The position numbers were made by a program, and so were the translations under genes. The notes under the pieces are model-generated. The model did not search any database. It was not told the origin of the DNA and saw only the letters and a program-made list of their open reading frames with translations. DNA of 62,386 nucleotides, the filler included. It is 10 parts of 10 records of this genome, joined end to end, with 100 filler letters (N's around TTAATTAATTAA, not from the genome) between each part and the next. Parts side by side here need not be neighbours in the genome. Positions count along the whole stretch, not along the records: positions 22,839 to 27,872 come from SRR31147125_116825; positions 27,973 to 35,112 come from SRR31147125_116869; 8 more parts are not named here. One strand, 5' to 3'. Shown here piece after piece: positions 23,496 through 34,734 of this stretch. Position 1 is the first letter of the stretch. Each line of letters begins with the position of its first letter.

Positions 23496-25241
23496 ATGAA
23501 AATCACTATCAACCAAATCGGATTCAGCAACTTCAAGGGCGACCGCCCTACCGAAATGACTTTCGGTACAGGGATCAACACGATCACCGGCGCCAATGGT
23601 TCCGGCAAGACAACCGTTCTGGATGCAATCATCTGGTGTCTGTTCGGCAAAGACTTTACCGACAGAAAGAAGTTCGACATCGTGCCGCTGAATCCGGACG
23701 GCAGCTCCATGAAGGTCAATCCTTCGGTCGTCCTGGACATCTCAGTCGACAATGATCCTGTCAAGCTGTCCCGCCGACTGGAAGGCAGCAAGACCATCTG
23801 TGAGATCAATGACGCGCCTTGCCAGACTCTCAAAGTTTTTGACGATTATATCGCCGGACTGTTCGGAACGGAAGAACGGTTCAAGATGTTCACCATGCCT
23901 CTGTTTTTCACCGAGTCATTGCACTGGACAAAGCAGCGAGAGCTGTTGATGCAGTATTTCCCTGAGCCGGAAGCGGCGTCTGTTTTTGAGCGAATGAAGA
24001 AAGAAAAGATCAAATTCAGCAAAGAGCTGATCTCCGGCATGGAGCGCATGCAGCCGGCTGACTACATTGCCAAGCATGACAAGGCCATGAAGGATATCGA
24101 TGTCAAGCGGAGCAAGATCAGCGCCCAGATGGCACTGCTGGATGATCAGCTGGAAGGCAATCAGGTTGTAGACGAGTCTGCTCTTGAAGCCGAGCGGGAC
24201 AAGCTGACCATGAAGCGCAACAAGCTCAATGAGACCATCGCTACAATCACAGCACAGAACAGGGTGATTTTGACATCTCAGAACAAGCTGAACGATGCAA
24301 AAATGACCGCTCAGAGTGAGATTGACATGATCAAGAAACGGGCCTTAATGAATCATGAACAGGGCATCGAGATCCTGAAAAACAAAATCCAACAGTTCAG
24401 TAACCAAAAGCATGAGCTGATCAAGAAATATCACGAACAATCCAAGCCGGTTGAGGAGAATTGTCCGACATGTCATCAGCATCTGCCTGCAGCTATGATT
24501 TCAAATGTCAAGGCCAAGCAGGCTGAATCACTCAAGGAAATTAGCGAGAATGGCACGTCGCTGAAGAACGAGATCGAGAGGCTCACATCTGAATTGGAGG
24601 AGATCCAATCAAGCAACGAGTATTTGTCTGATTGTGAGTCCAAGCGGATCCAGGAGCTGACAAAGTTAATTACTGATTCAGAAACCAAGCTGAAAGAACT
24701 GCCAGCCAAGAGGGAAGTCCCGGAAGTCGATCAGGCTGTTGAAGATCGTCTAGCTGAGATCAACAAGGCTCTGGCCAGAATCGACGTTCATCGCGAGAAC
24801 ATCGAGCGTAAGAACAAGCTGGAAGCCGATGGTCGTCAGCTCAGCCAGAAATACGAACAGGCTGAAATAGCTGTTGCAGAAGCGTCCAAGTTCGCATTCT
24901 ACCGGTCGACCCTGGTTGTCGAAGCGGTCAACAAGCATTTCAAATCAATCTCGGTCAAAGTCCTTGATGTCCAGAAAAACGGCGTGGCCAAGGAGACCTT
25001 TGAAATCACTTCGAAGGGCGTTCCGTATTCCGGGTTGAACAAGACCGGGAAGATTGCGGCCAGCCTTGAGCTCCTGGAGTTTCTTAAATCCAGTCTAAAA
25101 ATCGAATCTCCGGTGATCATCGATGATGTCGAGAATTATCCGGATCTTGATCTGTCCACCATCAGCGGCCAGCTGATTGTTGCATTCGCTAAAAAGTCGT
25201 ATCCGCTCGAAGTCATCAACAAATATCCGCAGGACATTTGA
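23496..25241 (+). CDS. Rad50/SbcC-like coiled-coil ATPase
   Basis: Walker A GANGSGKT, coiled coil with CPTC zinc hook, C-terminal IIDD Walker B. Confidence 0.85.
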   Translation: MKITINQIGFSNFKGDRPTEMTFGTGINTITGANGSGKTTVLDAIIWCLFGKDFTDRKKFDIVPLNPDGSSMKVNPSVVLDISVDNDPVKLSRRLEGSKTICEINDAPCQTLKVFDDYIAGLFGTEERFKMFTMPLFFTESLHWTKQRELLMQYFPEPEAASVFERMKKEKIKFSKELISGMERMQPADYIAKHDKAMKDIDVKRSKISAQMALLDDQLEGNQVVDESALEAERDKLTMKRNKLNETIATITAQNRVILTSQNKLNDAKMTAQSEIDMIKKRALMNHEQGIEILKNKIQQFSNQKHELIKKYHEQSKPVEENCPTCHQHLPAAMISNVKAKQAESLKEISENGTSLKNEIERLTSELEEIQSSNEYLSDCESKRIQELTKLITDSETKLKELPAKREVPEVDQAVEDRLAEINKALARIDVHRENIERKNKLEADGRQLSQKYEQAEIAVAEASKFAFYRSTLVVEAVNKHFKSISVKVLDVQKNGVAKETFEITSKGVPYSGLNKTGKIAASLELLEFLKSSLKIESPVIIDDVENYPDLDLSTISGQLIVAFAKKSYPLEVINKYPQDI

Positions 25242-25263
25242 GTCACGAAAGGAAGGTAACCCA

Positions 25264-25539
25264 ATGTACGCACAAGTGAGATTCATCCAGAAAAACGGCC
25301 TGTCCAACACTTATGACTATTCAATCCCTGACGCCCTGGTCAACAAGGTTTCAGCCGGCGACTATGTCGTCATCGAATCAGCCCGGTCAGATTATTCCGT
25401 CGGCGTGCTGCACAAGATCGTTGCCGAGGTCAATGATCCGAAGATCGTCACCAAAGCAGTCGTCCAGCTGGTCAATCGGCCAAAGTGTCCGGAGTACACC
25501 ATGGACAAGATTAATGTTGGAGGCTTTGGCAATGGATAA
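25264..25539 (+). CDS. Phage hypothetical protein
   Basis: RBS then MYAQVRF..TYDY..GDYVVIES. Confidence 0.65.
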   Translation: MYAQVRFIQKNGLSNTYDYSIPDALVNKVSAGDYVVIESARSDYSVGVLHKIVAEVNDPKIVTKAVVQLVNRPKCPEYTMDKINVGGFGNG

Positions 25540-25774
25540 AGAGCAGTACGAATCTGAAAAGAAAAGGACCAGCCGGTTCGAAGAAGGCGAGATCCATTTG
25601 TCATCAGTGCAGAGAGCTGCACACGGCTTGATGGACGAAGGGAAAGTATATGTGGCTGGAGTTGATCTTTTCCCGCTGCTGTCCAAAGAACGATCAGCCT
25701 ACTGGCGTGTAGAGCTCATGAAAATGCTCAACACCGAAGCCGAGATCATCAAGAGAAATATGGAGGCAATCTGA
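25532..25774 (+). CDS. Phage hypothetical protein
   Basis: ggagg RBS, overlapping start MDKEQYE. Confidence 0.55.
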   Translation: MDKEQYESEKKRTSRFEEGEIHLSSVQRAAHGLMDEGKVYVAGVDLFPLLSKERSAYWRVELMKMLNTEAEIIKRNMEAI

Positions 25775-25775
25775 T

Positions 25776-26765
25776 ATGTCAAAAGAACTTACCGCATCAA
25801 TCAATAACACCGCCGTCGGCTACTTCGCAAACGAGGTCAGCAAGTTCATGCGCACCATGCCGGATATCATGTCCGATTCGGAAGCCCGCCGGCTGACGAC
25901 TTCGCTGGTCATCAAGGCCAGCTCATCACTGGAAGAAGCTAAAATCCCCTGGAACAAAGTCGACCAGCCTAAGTTCGTCAATGACGCGATCCGCATCGTC
26001 ACCATGAGCCTGGACGCTGGAAACAATGAAGCCTATGCCATCCCGTACAACAACCCCAAGACAGGCAAGGTCGATCTTCAGTGCATGCCAAGCGCCAAGG
26101 GACTGAAGAAGATCGTCGAACTGTATTCGGTGAAGCCGATCAGGGACTTCCGTGAATTTGTCATCAAGGAAGGTGACATCTTCAAGGTGTCCCACACGCC
26201 GATCGGCGACTCCTGGGAGTATGAGGAAGATGTTTTCGGGTCCGGCAAAACTCGCGGCTATGTCACGATCGTCACTTATGAAGACGATATCTGCAATGTC
26301 ATGACTCACAGCAAGGCCGACATTGAAAAACGCCGGAAGGCCAGCAAAGCGCCAAACAGTCCTGCCTGGAAGAACTGGTATGACGAAATGGCTCTGGCAA
26401 AGGCCACCAGGCGCCACTGCGGCAAGATCACAACCAAGATGCCATCAGTCATCCAGGAAGCCTTTGACGCCGTTGACGATGCTGAGGAGGAACAGGCGAC
26501 CAAGGATGTCACACCGCCGACAATCGGCATTGACATGGGACATTCTGCCGGTGATCAGGATATCCAGGAAGTGCATGAGATCCAAGAGCCTATCCCTGAA
26601 AGCACACAAGATTATCCATCAGATAATACTGGCATAGCTCCTGCAGAAGCTCCAGTGACGGTCCATGCACATGAACCGAAAGCGAAGCCTGAGCAGCTGT
26701 CACTTGACAATGAAGCCGAGAGCGCACCGGTTCCGGATCCTACCGATACAAGCTGGATGGAGTGA
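25776..26765 (+). CDS. recT: RecT-family single-strand annealing protein
   Basis: EAYAIPY, KG+..+, EGD.F, SPAWKNWYDEMALAK..RR; acidic tail ending WME. Confidence 0.85.
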   Translation: MSKELTASINNTAVGYFANEVSKFMRTMPDIMSDSEARRLTTSLVIKASSSLEEAKIPWNKVDQPKFVNDAIRIVTMSLDAGNNEAYAIPYNNPKTGKVDLQCMPSAKGLKKIVELYSVKPIRDFREFVIKEGDIFKVSHTPIGDSWEYEEDVFGSGKTRGYVTIVTYEDDICNVMTHSKADIEKRRKASKAPNSPAWKNWYDEMALAKATRRHCGKITTKMPSVIQEAFDAVDDAEEEQATKDVTPPTIGIDMGHSAGDQDIQEVHEIQEPIPESTQDYPSDNTGIAPAEAPVTVHAHEPKAKPEQLSLDNEAESAPVPDPTDTSWME

Positions 26766-26770
26766 GGCAG

Positions 26771-27502
26771 ATGAAGATTCAAGTTTTTGGCTCGTCATCG
26801 GCAGGCAACTGCATCCGGGTTTTCAATGATCGTTTCCCCGGCGTCTATCTGGACGCCGGGGTCAACCCGGCTTTAATCCGTGAAGCCGGAGCTCCACTGG
26901 CCAATATGCCCGTCCTGGTCACGCATGAGCATGGCGATCATGCCAAGTATGCAAAAGTGCTTGCCGATAAATACAACTGCCCGATAATCGCGTCTCAGGG
27001 CACGCTGGAAGCGATTGACGTCGACCCAAGTCATCGTGTCTTGGTTGATCGGTTCATCTATGGAAATCTCAGCTTGTGGAGCGTGCAGAACTTCCCGGTC
27101 GTTCATTATCCGGCTGCTGATCCGAGGTGCTTTGTCGTTTCGATGGGACATGAGCGATTACTCTACATGGTCGACTGTGGACAGACTCCTGATCAGGACA
27201 TGATTCCTGAATGTGATGTCTATTTCGTCGAAGCAAACTACACGCCTGAAAGGCTCAAAAGCAATGACGAACAGTGGGCCGGTGTTCGCGGCAGGACATC
27301 ATCCGGCTTTGGCCATCTGAGCGTCGTGGATGCCTATGAGTTTCTAAAACCACGATTCAACCATGCGACAAAGATCATCCTGGGTCATGTCAGCAACTCG
27401 AATTTTGACATCGCCGAATATATGAAAATTGTTCCTCTGACGTTTCATGAGAAGGTCACTTTCGCCAGTCCTGGTCTTGTGATCGATACAGATCCATTTT
27501 AA
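26771..27502 (+). CDS. Metallo-beta-lactamase-fold hydrolase (phage exonuclease-like)
   Basis: GSSSAGN, LDAG, THEHGDH, EANY, GHLS, GHVS..N. Confidence 0.85.
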   Translation: MKIQVFGSSSAGNCIRVFNDRFPGVYLDAGVNPALIREAGAPLANMPVLVTHEHGDHAKYAKVLADKYNCPIIASQGTLEAIDVDPSHRVLVDRFIYGNLSLWSVQNFPVVHYPAADPRCFVVSMGHERLLYMVDCGQTPDQDMIPECDVYFVEANYTPERLKSNDEQWAGVRGRTSSGFGHLSVVDAYEFLKPRFNHATKIILGHVSNSNFDIAEYMKIVPLTFHEKVTFASPGLVIDTDPF

Positions 27503-27517
27503 AGGGAGGAGATATTT

Positions 27518-27872
27518 ATGGCAGCTGGTACATGGATAAAACTGCATAGCAATGTCTTCTCACACAAGAAAACGTTCATCCTTGCGGCCAATCTGAAGAT
27601 CAATGAAACCTATGCCGCGGCTCATATTATCAGGCTCTGGACATGGGCAATTGACAACACAAAAGATGGCTGTTTACAATTCGTTCACAGAAAGTTAATA
27701 GCAAAAGCAGCCGATTGGTCGAAGAATGCCGACACGTTTGTTGATGCATGTATTGATGCCGGATGGCTTGACGAAGATGAAGATGGGAACCTCTCAATCC
27801 ATGAGTGGGATGAATACACAGAAGCACTGGTACGACGGCGTGAGAAGGATGCCGCACGCAAGCGCGCAGAGA
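27518..27872 (+). CDS. Phage replication initiator, N-terminal part
   Basis: WIKLH..V..H.K, LW.WA, AGWLD..IHEWDE...R..DAARKR. Confidence 0.7.
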
Positions 27873-27972
27873 NNNNNNNNNNNNNNNNNNNNNNNNNNNN
27901 NNNNNNNNNNNNNNNNTTAATTAATTAANNNNNNNNNNNNNNNNNNNNNNNNNNNNNNNNNNNNNNNNNNNN

Positions 27973-30900
27973 CCTCATCATTCTTGCCACAACAATGCAC
28001 GTACGTACCTCCACAACTCTGGCAAAATTCGGTCGTTTTCGTGAGTCGGCGTCCCAGCATGCCTTTACAAGTTCATTAAGAGCTGCAGGACGATCCGATG
28101 CCAGCCGTGGGCGTAGTCCTTGCTGGACATCCAACAGGATCTGGTGTGTCGTTCTACTGGAAAAGGGAACCTCGAGAGGGGTTAGAGGAGGATGTGGCCC
28201 CGCACGCAACCCCCACTCAACACACCTCGCCTGTACACATTTCGTTCAAGATAATCCCAAAGGAATAAACGTCCACCTGTACCCTTCTGTGAAATTCCAA
28301 GTGGGACAAGCAAGGAGTATCGTACCGCTTCGGAGTAACCTTCTCGACCCACTTCGGGGGCCATGTATTGCGGGGAACCAACAGTCGAACGAATTGTGCT
28401 GGCCGTTTTGAGTCGTGCCATCCCAAAGTCGATGATCTACAGTGTCTGTCACACGTGTCCGTGAGAACGGGAGTGCTATGCACCTTTGTGTGTCCGTCAC
28501 GGTCGAGAAGAATGTTAGAAGGTTTGAGATCACGATGAAGAATGGGCGAACGACTAGAGTGAAGATAGAGCATGGCACGTGCAATCTCGACAGCCATCCG
28601 AATGACCTCTCGATCCGAGAATCGTTTCTTGTGTTTGTGGAGTGCGTCGTGCAGGCTACCGCACGGGAGGTACTCCATCACCAAGCAAGCTTGAATCTCT
28701 CGAACATCCGACTCTTCATCCAAGGATTCCTGAAGACATCCTCCAAAGAGCATGACTGTCCAAGCAGGTGTCAACGTGGTCAACACACACACACACACAC
28801 ACCAATGTTGGGATGGCGCAGGCGATGCAACAAATCTGCTTCACGACAAAACGATGCAATACCATCTTCCGTGAGAGCCTCATCGTAGATTTCCTTGACG
28901 GCCACTACGAGGCCGTGCCAGGTTGCCAAATAGACATTTCCAAAGGACCCCTTTCCAATACACCGTCGCTTTCTTCCAAAGTCCAGATCATCATATCTGG
29001 GAGGAGAACGTGTTTGCAAACAGCGAGCAGGTAGCAACCTGCCCACGCGCACGATAACAACCACTCGCACGTTGAGGATCCCGTAAACGCCGAGATTGTG
29101 GCCGACAGGTTGGACAAGGAACATACCAACGAGGAGACAGATGTGGGGTCTGCACCACCTTGCGACCCACACGATGAGTTGGAATCAGGGATGCCGCCAG
29201 AACTATGAACGCCAAGCTCTTCCAAACATCCAACCAAACGCCGGTCCACCTCATCAAACTGCCGAGAATCTGGACACCCAAGTGCCGAGGACACTTGTTG
29301 GGCATCGACAAGACCATGAATAACGTCTTGCGCCGATAAGAGGCATGTCACAAGCCGTTGAAGGAGATCGGATGAGCGACGATAGGCAGGAAGGGATCGA
29401 ACCTCGCGAACTACAAGATTGATACGTTGCGCAAGCAGCTGATGCAAAATGGAGATTAGAATTGATGTATCACACGAACAGAGTGTCCTCTCGTACCTCA
29501 CACCATTGCCGCTTCGTCTGGACCCCCTCCATTTCCGCTTTAATGGTGTTGGCCAGGGATACCACATCATGTACAGCAGATACAGAGTTACTGCCGCCAC
29601 TACCACTGCTGTCGCTGGTACCGAACGGACTGGAAGGAGCGGTCACCTCAAAGACAGTCCGTCTCATCTCCCCTAACCCTGGAAAACCATCAGGGGAATG
29701 GTCTGTGTGTGGGATGTCAAACAGCACCACCACACCATCATTGAGGGCGACCGTACCCAACAATCGACGACTGTCATCTTTTTCCACCACTTCGTCTGTC
29801 CGGCGACGGGGTAGGGGAGATACAGATACGCGTCCGACAGAATTGTGTTGCGTTTGAGGCTCAGGATGAGAAGAGATCTTAGGAGGAATGTAGTTTGGAG
29901 CTGTGAAGAGAACATCACCATCCATGTGTCCAGGAAGAACACCAAATGCCGGTGTTTGATGGGGTGCTGTCAAGGTAACACGACTAGGACAGAGATGTAA
30001 GAGAAAGTATCGTGTGCGAGACATCACTACCTTGTCAGAAATGTGAACAAATCCATGGACGTGAAGAATCCGTCTCCATCCACATCTGCGTGGCCCATAA
30101 GGCCAAGCAGCAGGAGACCCGAAAACACAGAATGTTTTCCCCAGCCTCCGTCGCACACACGCTGGTCGGCCCCTCCTGCTGTGATCACGATGCGAGCAGT
30201 TCGGAGAAGAAGTTGCTCGACCCATCTACACAACGAACTGTCATACAACATACAGGAGAGAAAGGACCGAGACACAAGACCTGTGGGCGTGACGCTGAAT
30301 CGGCAAGACGGTTTCGCGTTCATTCACACCACCCCCTGGAATATGTGCAATATTAGGAGGGCCGAACACGCCGAACACGCCGAACACTACGCGTACCATT
30401 CGTCTCTGTCCTTTTCCGGCGTCGTCATTATCAGCCCGCAACATGGAAATCACGTTGTCGCCTCTCAAGGCTGTACATGCGCCTCCAAAACAGGAATCAA
30501 ACACATAGCTGTTGTTTGGTGATGCACATGCTGGTGGGAGTGGATGGGACGGACGTACAGAATGTGTCGACTCTTCAAATAGTCCGTCACAGCCCGCAGT
30601 TCATCCATCGAAATCACATCAGACAGTTTTCCTGCACGTGCATCTACGGGGACAATGTACCTGGGGCACGTAGTGAGACCACCATACCGTGTTCGTGTAC
30701 ATTGACACACCCTTTTTGCGCTCCGGAGGCTGACACTTCCGTCAGTCCGTGTCCGGCAAAGAAGAAGAGAAAGAGGGCATCCTCTTCAACCTGTTGATGT
30801 GTCAGGACAGGGATGTAATGATACGTGCAGCACAACAAACATGTGGGGCGATTTCATCAATGAACATGCTTCGAATGTTCTCGCGCGTGGCATCCTTGTC

Positions 30901-33900
30901 TCGTAACACAAAACACTCAAATGCATGTTGTTCACGAAGAATCTGATTGGATTCGTGAATTCATACCTCGAAAGGAAAGAAAGAGAGGAATCGGGTGGAG
31001 CGTACCTGAGCTACAGCCTCGGCATCGCCACTCGCATGAGACAGGGGCAGAAACTGTGCATAGGCTCCAATCCCAATACAAAGAGCGACACGACGCTTGT
31101 ACAGGGTACGATGTGGAGTGCGTGGGGAGGTTCTGGGGTATTATGCTATAATCAAACAAACCAGTCCGTAGCAGGCCACACAACGAACCTGCGTTCCGGT
31201 TCGCGACGCAGGGGTGGAGGGACCTCTAACACTTCATCGGGAGAGGGCCATTGTTGAGATGGAATTCTCTTGTGTTTGGGAGTCGTGGCGGGAGGAAGAG
31301 CCAGTGTCTCTGTGTCAAGCATGGAAATGCGAATGACCTACCTCACACGGGGGAATGTAAGCGATGTCTCTCCCACAACTCGAGACACAAACCACTCCTC
31401 CATGAGGAAGTCCTGTCATGTGTCCTCCTCGAAACATATCCTTGATGTAGCAGAACGCTCCTACAGAACTCTCAATGTACAAAAGCACTGGAGGATGATA
31501 GATCAGTGAGACAGCTGTCATTCTTCTGTCTTGCTTGCCTTGTTCGGGTTGATGTTCAGCCTCAAAAGAACACGACACACAGTTCTCACGCAATTCACGC
31601 AAAAGGAGAGAGCCATCCAAGAGACCATTCAGAACGAAAGACCATGTGTTGGCTGTATTCCCTCTTCAGAAGGACTACGGACGTCCGAATTCAAGAACAG
31701 GGCATACCTTCTGTCTTATTGGGATATACACGCCCCCCTGTGTCCGATGCTAGTTTCACGAGGCATTGTTCCGTATGGGAAATCTTCTCGGAGGAGCCTT
31801 TCATTTTCACGTTGTAGCACGCATCAACATCGCGCAGCTCCAATCGAGGATCTACAACCGAACCCTCAGCAAGGAGCGAGGATAACCAGAGTTCCACCTA
31901 CGCCGTGTGAGACATACACACACGCGCAAACACAAACACACCTTTCGAACAATATCAAGAGTAAAGGGCTCGCTCTCAGTGACTGCAAGAGACCACTTCA
32001 GTCGACGACTCGAGAGAACTCGCCTCGCGACAACAATATCCCCAATGAATTCACTTCTACTCCCCTTTGCGTTTGGGATTTGTGTTGGCTGCCCGGTTTC
32101 CACACCCACCTCAGAGTCGGAATCTGGCTTCGTCCCACCTTGCGTCCCCATCGCCTCATCTTGTGCAAGATATACTCATACCTTGATACGAACCAGTGAG
32201 GAGAAAGGAAGAAAGGAAGAAAGGAAAGAAAGAAAAGAAAGAAACGCACACGTCTCGAACGGTAATAATGACCGAGTCACGCGCCGCTTCTCCCTGCCAG
32301 ACAGTGATTCAGGATCTTCTCCACACGAACGTACAAATGTACCTGTAATCCACACAAAAGGTAGAACGTAAAAATACCATGGCGCAACTCATTAGGAGCA
32401 TAGGATGTCTGGGATGCCGTGCCTGCCACACGTGTGTTATACTTCCACACATCACCCAGGGATACGTACTTGCAGAGAGAACAGCAAATCCTTCTCCTAG
32501 CTCGTATCTAAGGTATAGAGAGTGAGGTGAACGCCCGGAAATGCTGCGTTGATGAAAGACGAACACATTGAAAAGGTAATCGTCGTCTTGTTCCACAGCG
32601 CGTCTCCACACTCCCTCTGCTGTACGTTGTTCCACACCTCCTTGGCAGCAATCCAAGACAAGAACCTGAAGAACCTTGCGTTACACAAACACGAGAACCG
32701 AACAACAACGAATGTGCGCACCACGCGACGGGCTCGACTCCCTTTTAGAGTAGATTCAACCTGCAACGAGAACGTGTAAGGTGAGGCACGACCATCCACA
32801 CATCCTACCTCACTGAGAGGGAGGGCGTTACGCATCGTGGGAGTTTGTGCAAGTAATACCGATTCGAAATTTGCTAGGCCCAATTCTGTATCGCCCATGA
32901 CTAGGCAAGGGAGAAAGAAAAAGAAAAATGTCACGGAGAAAGTAAAGGATCCCTTTCACGCACTGAGACACCGTTCGCCATTCCAACGGATGCCATGGCA
33001 CGAAAAGTACACAAAAAGAACATCGTCCGGCTGAACCACAAGGCACGTTCGTTACACAGGGTACCGATCTATTCCTCAACGCACCGTTGCCTCGTTGCAG
33101 AATTGGTCCAAGGCATTTCGCACCTGTAGTGTGTGGGTTCCTTTTGTCCCTCCTCTATGCTAGTGGATCACGCACATCTATCAGAGACACAATAGGTAGA
33201 GAAGAGGACATCAGAGGAAGTGTTCCCCCGTCGTGAAGCTGGGCAACGTCTGAATACCCGAGCAGACGTAGTGTTCGTGCCAGGGCATGAACGTCATTGT
33301 TGCCTACATATTCAAATCCTGTCAGCAAATCCAGAGGTAAAAGCAATGGCAGAGGCATACAAAACGTCAGCTCAGGGAAATTGAAGTAGTGATTGATTCC
33401 CACCAAGAGTGCGCGGTGTCTCATGGGAGTTGGGGATGCGTGCGGATGATGGACAGGGTGTCCTATCGATTGCGATCCCACAAGATCGGCCAGCACCACA
33501 CGCCCCAGACTCTCCCCCACCGAGGAGGCCCATACCGTCCTGTGCCATGTCATGTCATCATATCACCACTGTGTGTCTTAGTTAAACTACCACAACCACG
33601 CACCGAGATCCATCATTCGAGCCAGCGTAACGATGCAACAGGTAATCGACCACATTCCCCACCGATACACTGAGGAAGGTCCACTGTGGGATCTCGCCCT
33701 ATTCCTCTGAACGCACCTCTCGCGATCCTCTGCCCCTGCGCTACCTGTCATAGCCTCCACGATATCCAAGGCCAGAGATCCCCTTGTAGAGGCTACAACG
33801 ACCTTGAAAGACACGTAGATTCTCAACACACGAAACGAAACAAAGCGAAAACGACACCACTGCACCTACCGTTCCGAGCAAGTAGGGTAAATGGGTCACA

Positions 33901-34572
33901 ATGTCTTCCGCACAATCTGCACGCACTACAACACAAATCAGAGCAAGATGTCTTCCCACAGAGCCGCATACCACAAGCAAAAGCCACAAAACAACATGAA
34001 GCACGACAAGGAGTAACACACGAGAGAATCGACTCGATCGAGACACCAGGGCCTGCTTTCACTACGGGGAGTGTTCCTAATGTCTGGGATTAACAAACAA
34101 CACAAGGGAGGACGACTCCACCCCCACCCACCCTCCTGTAACACGCCCATAGGTGCAGCTACCACTGCCACCACGACATCTCCCTCAGAAGCGTTCCGAC
34201 AGACACTACGAAGAGTCTCCAGTGCCTTGTCCAACTGCACTTCCGACTCGTGTTGTTGCTCCAATGTGTCGGCGTCGTTTCCCGCGCCTCCGTCTTGTGA
34301 CACTCCCCACTGTCGTACACGTGATGGAGGAAATCTCCGAGCAGGCTGGCGAGTGGGGGAGGGAGGTCCATTCGTACGACCTTGTAGCCCAACATCGTAC
34401 TCAGAATCGTAGAGGCTTCTTGAGCGTCATGACGCAGATCCTAATGTACAAATGGAATTAGGGTTTGAAGGAAAGGTCGTCTCCGTCTCCACACCACGTT
34501 ATCGCCTTTTGCTACGGAAGAAAGAAGAACGGCGACTCGAGACGACGCATTCTTCGTATCGTGTGTAATCAT
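27973..34572 (-). CDS. Multi-exon eukaryotic gene, 3'-partial: degenerate C14-like(?) / C14 / C14 / MLKL-like four-helix bundle / TKL-type kinase
   Basis: Manual splicing of about 50-nt GT-AG introns gives YFSCHG (32992-33009) with LDCC (32645-32656), FFAGHG (30746-30763) with DSCFGG (30481-30498), a helical domain (~29200-29575), and kinase motifs GKGSFG, VAVK, HRDLKPSN, DFG, YMAPE. The start site and some junctions are uncertain. Confidence 0.65.
28783..28801. repeat. (CA)n microsatellite inside a kinase intron
   Basis: acacacac run following the HPNI exon on the minus strand. Confidence 0.8.
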
Positions 34573-34734
34573 TGTGTCGCGTGTCAACAGCACACAGCAA
34601 CGCAACACGGGGAAGGGTACTGGAGGAAGGATGTTCCTGGGTTCCAAGGATGTTGGGGGTATGTTCCTATTTCCATCATTATTTTTATGATCGACTGTTT
34701 CGTGTTTCCCCCTTTTCCATTCCACCCCCTCGAG

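Larger units (their letters stand above)
22839..27872 (+). mobile_element. Phage/prophage DNA recombination-replication module
   Basis: Tightly packed co-oriented HNH, HTH, Rad50-like ATPase, RecT, MBL hydrolase and initiator genes. Confidence 0.85.

Noticed and set aside
30361-30387. gccgaacac x3 tandem repeat
   Set aside because: A short 9-bp slippage repeat that keeps the frame, in a loop or intron
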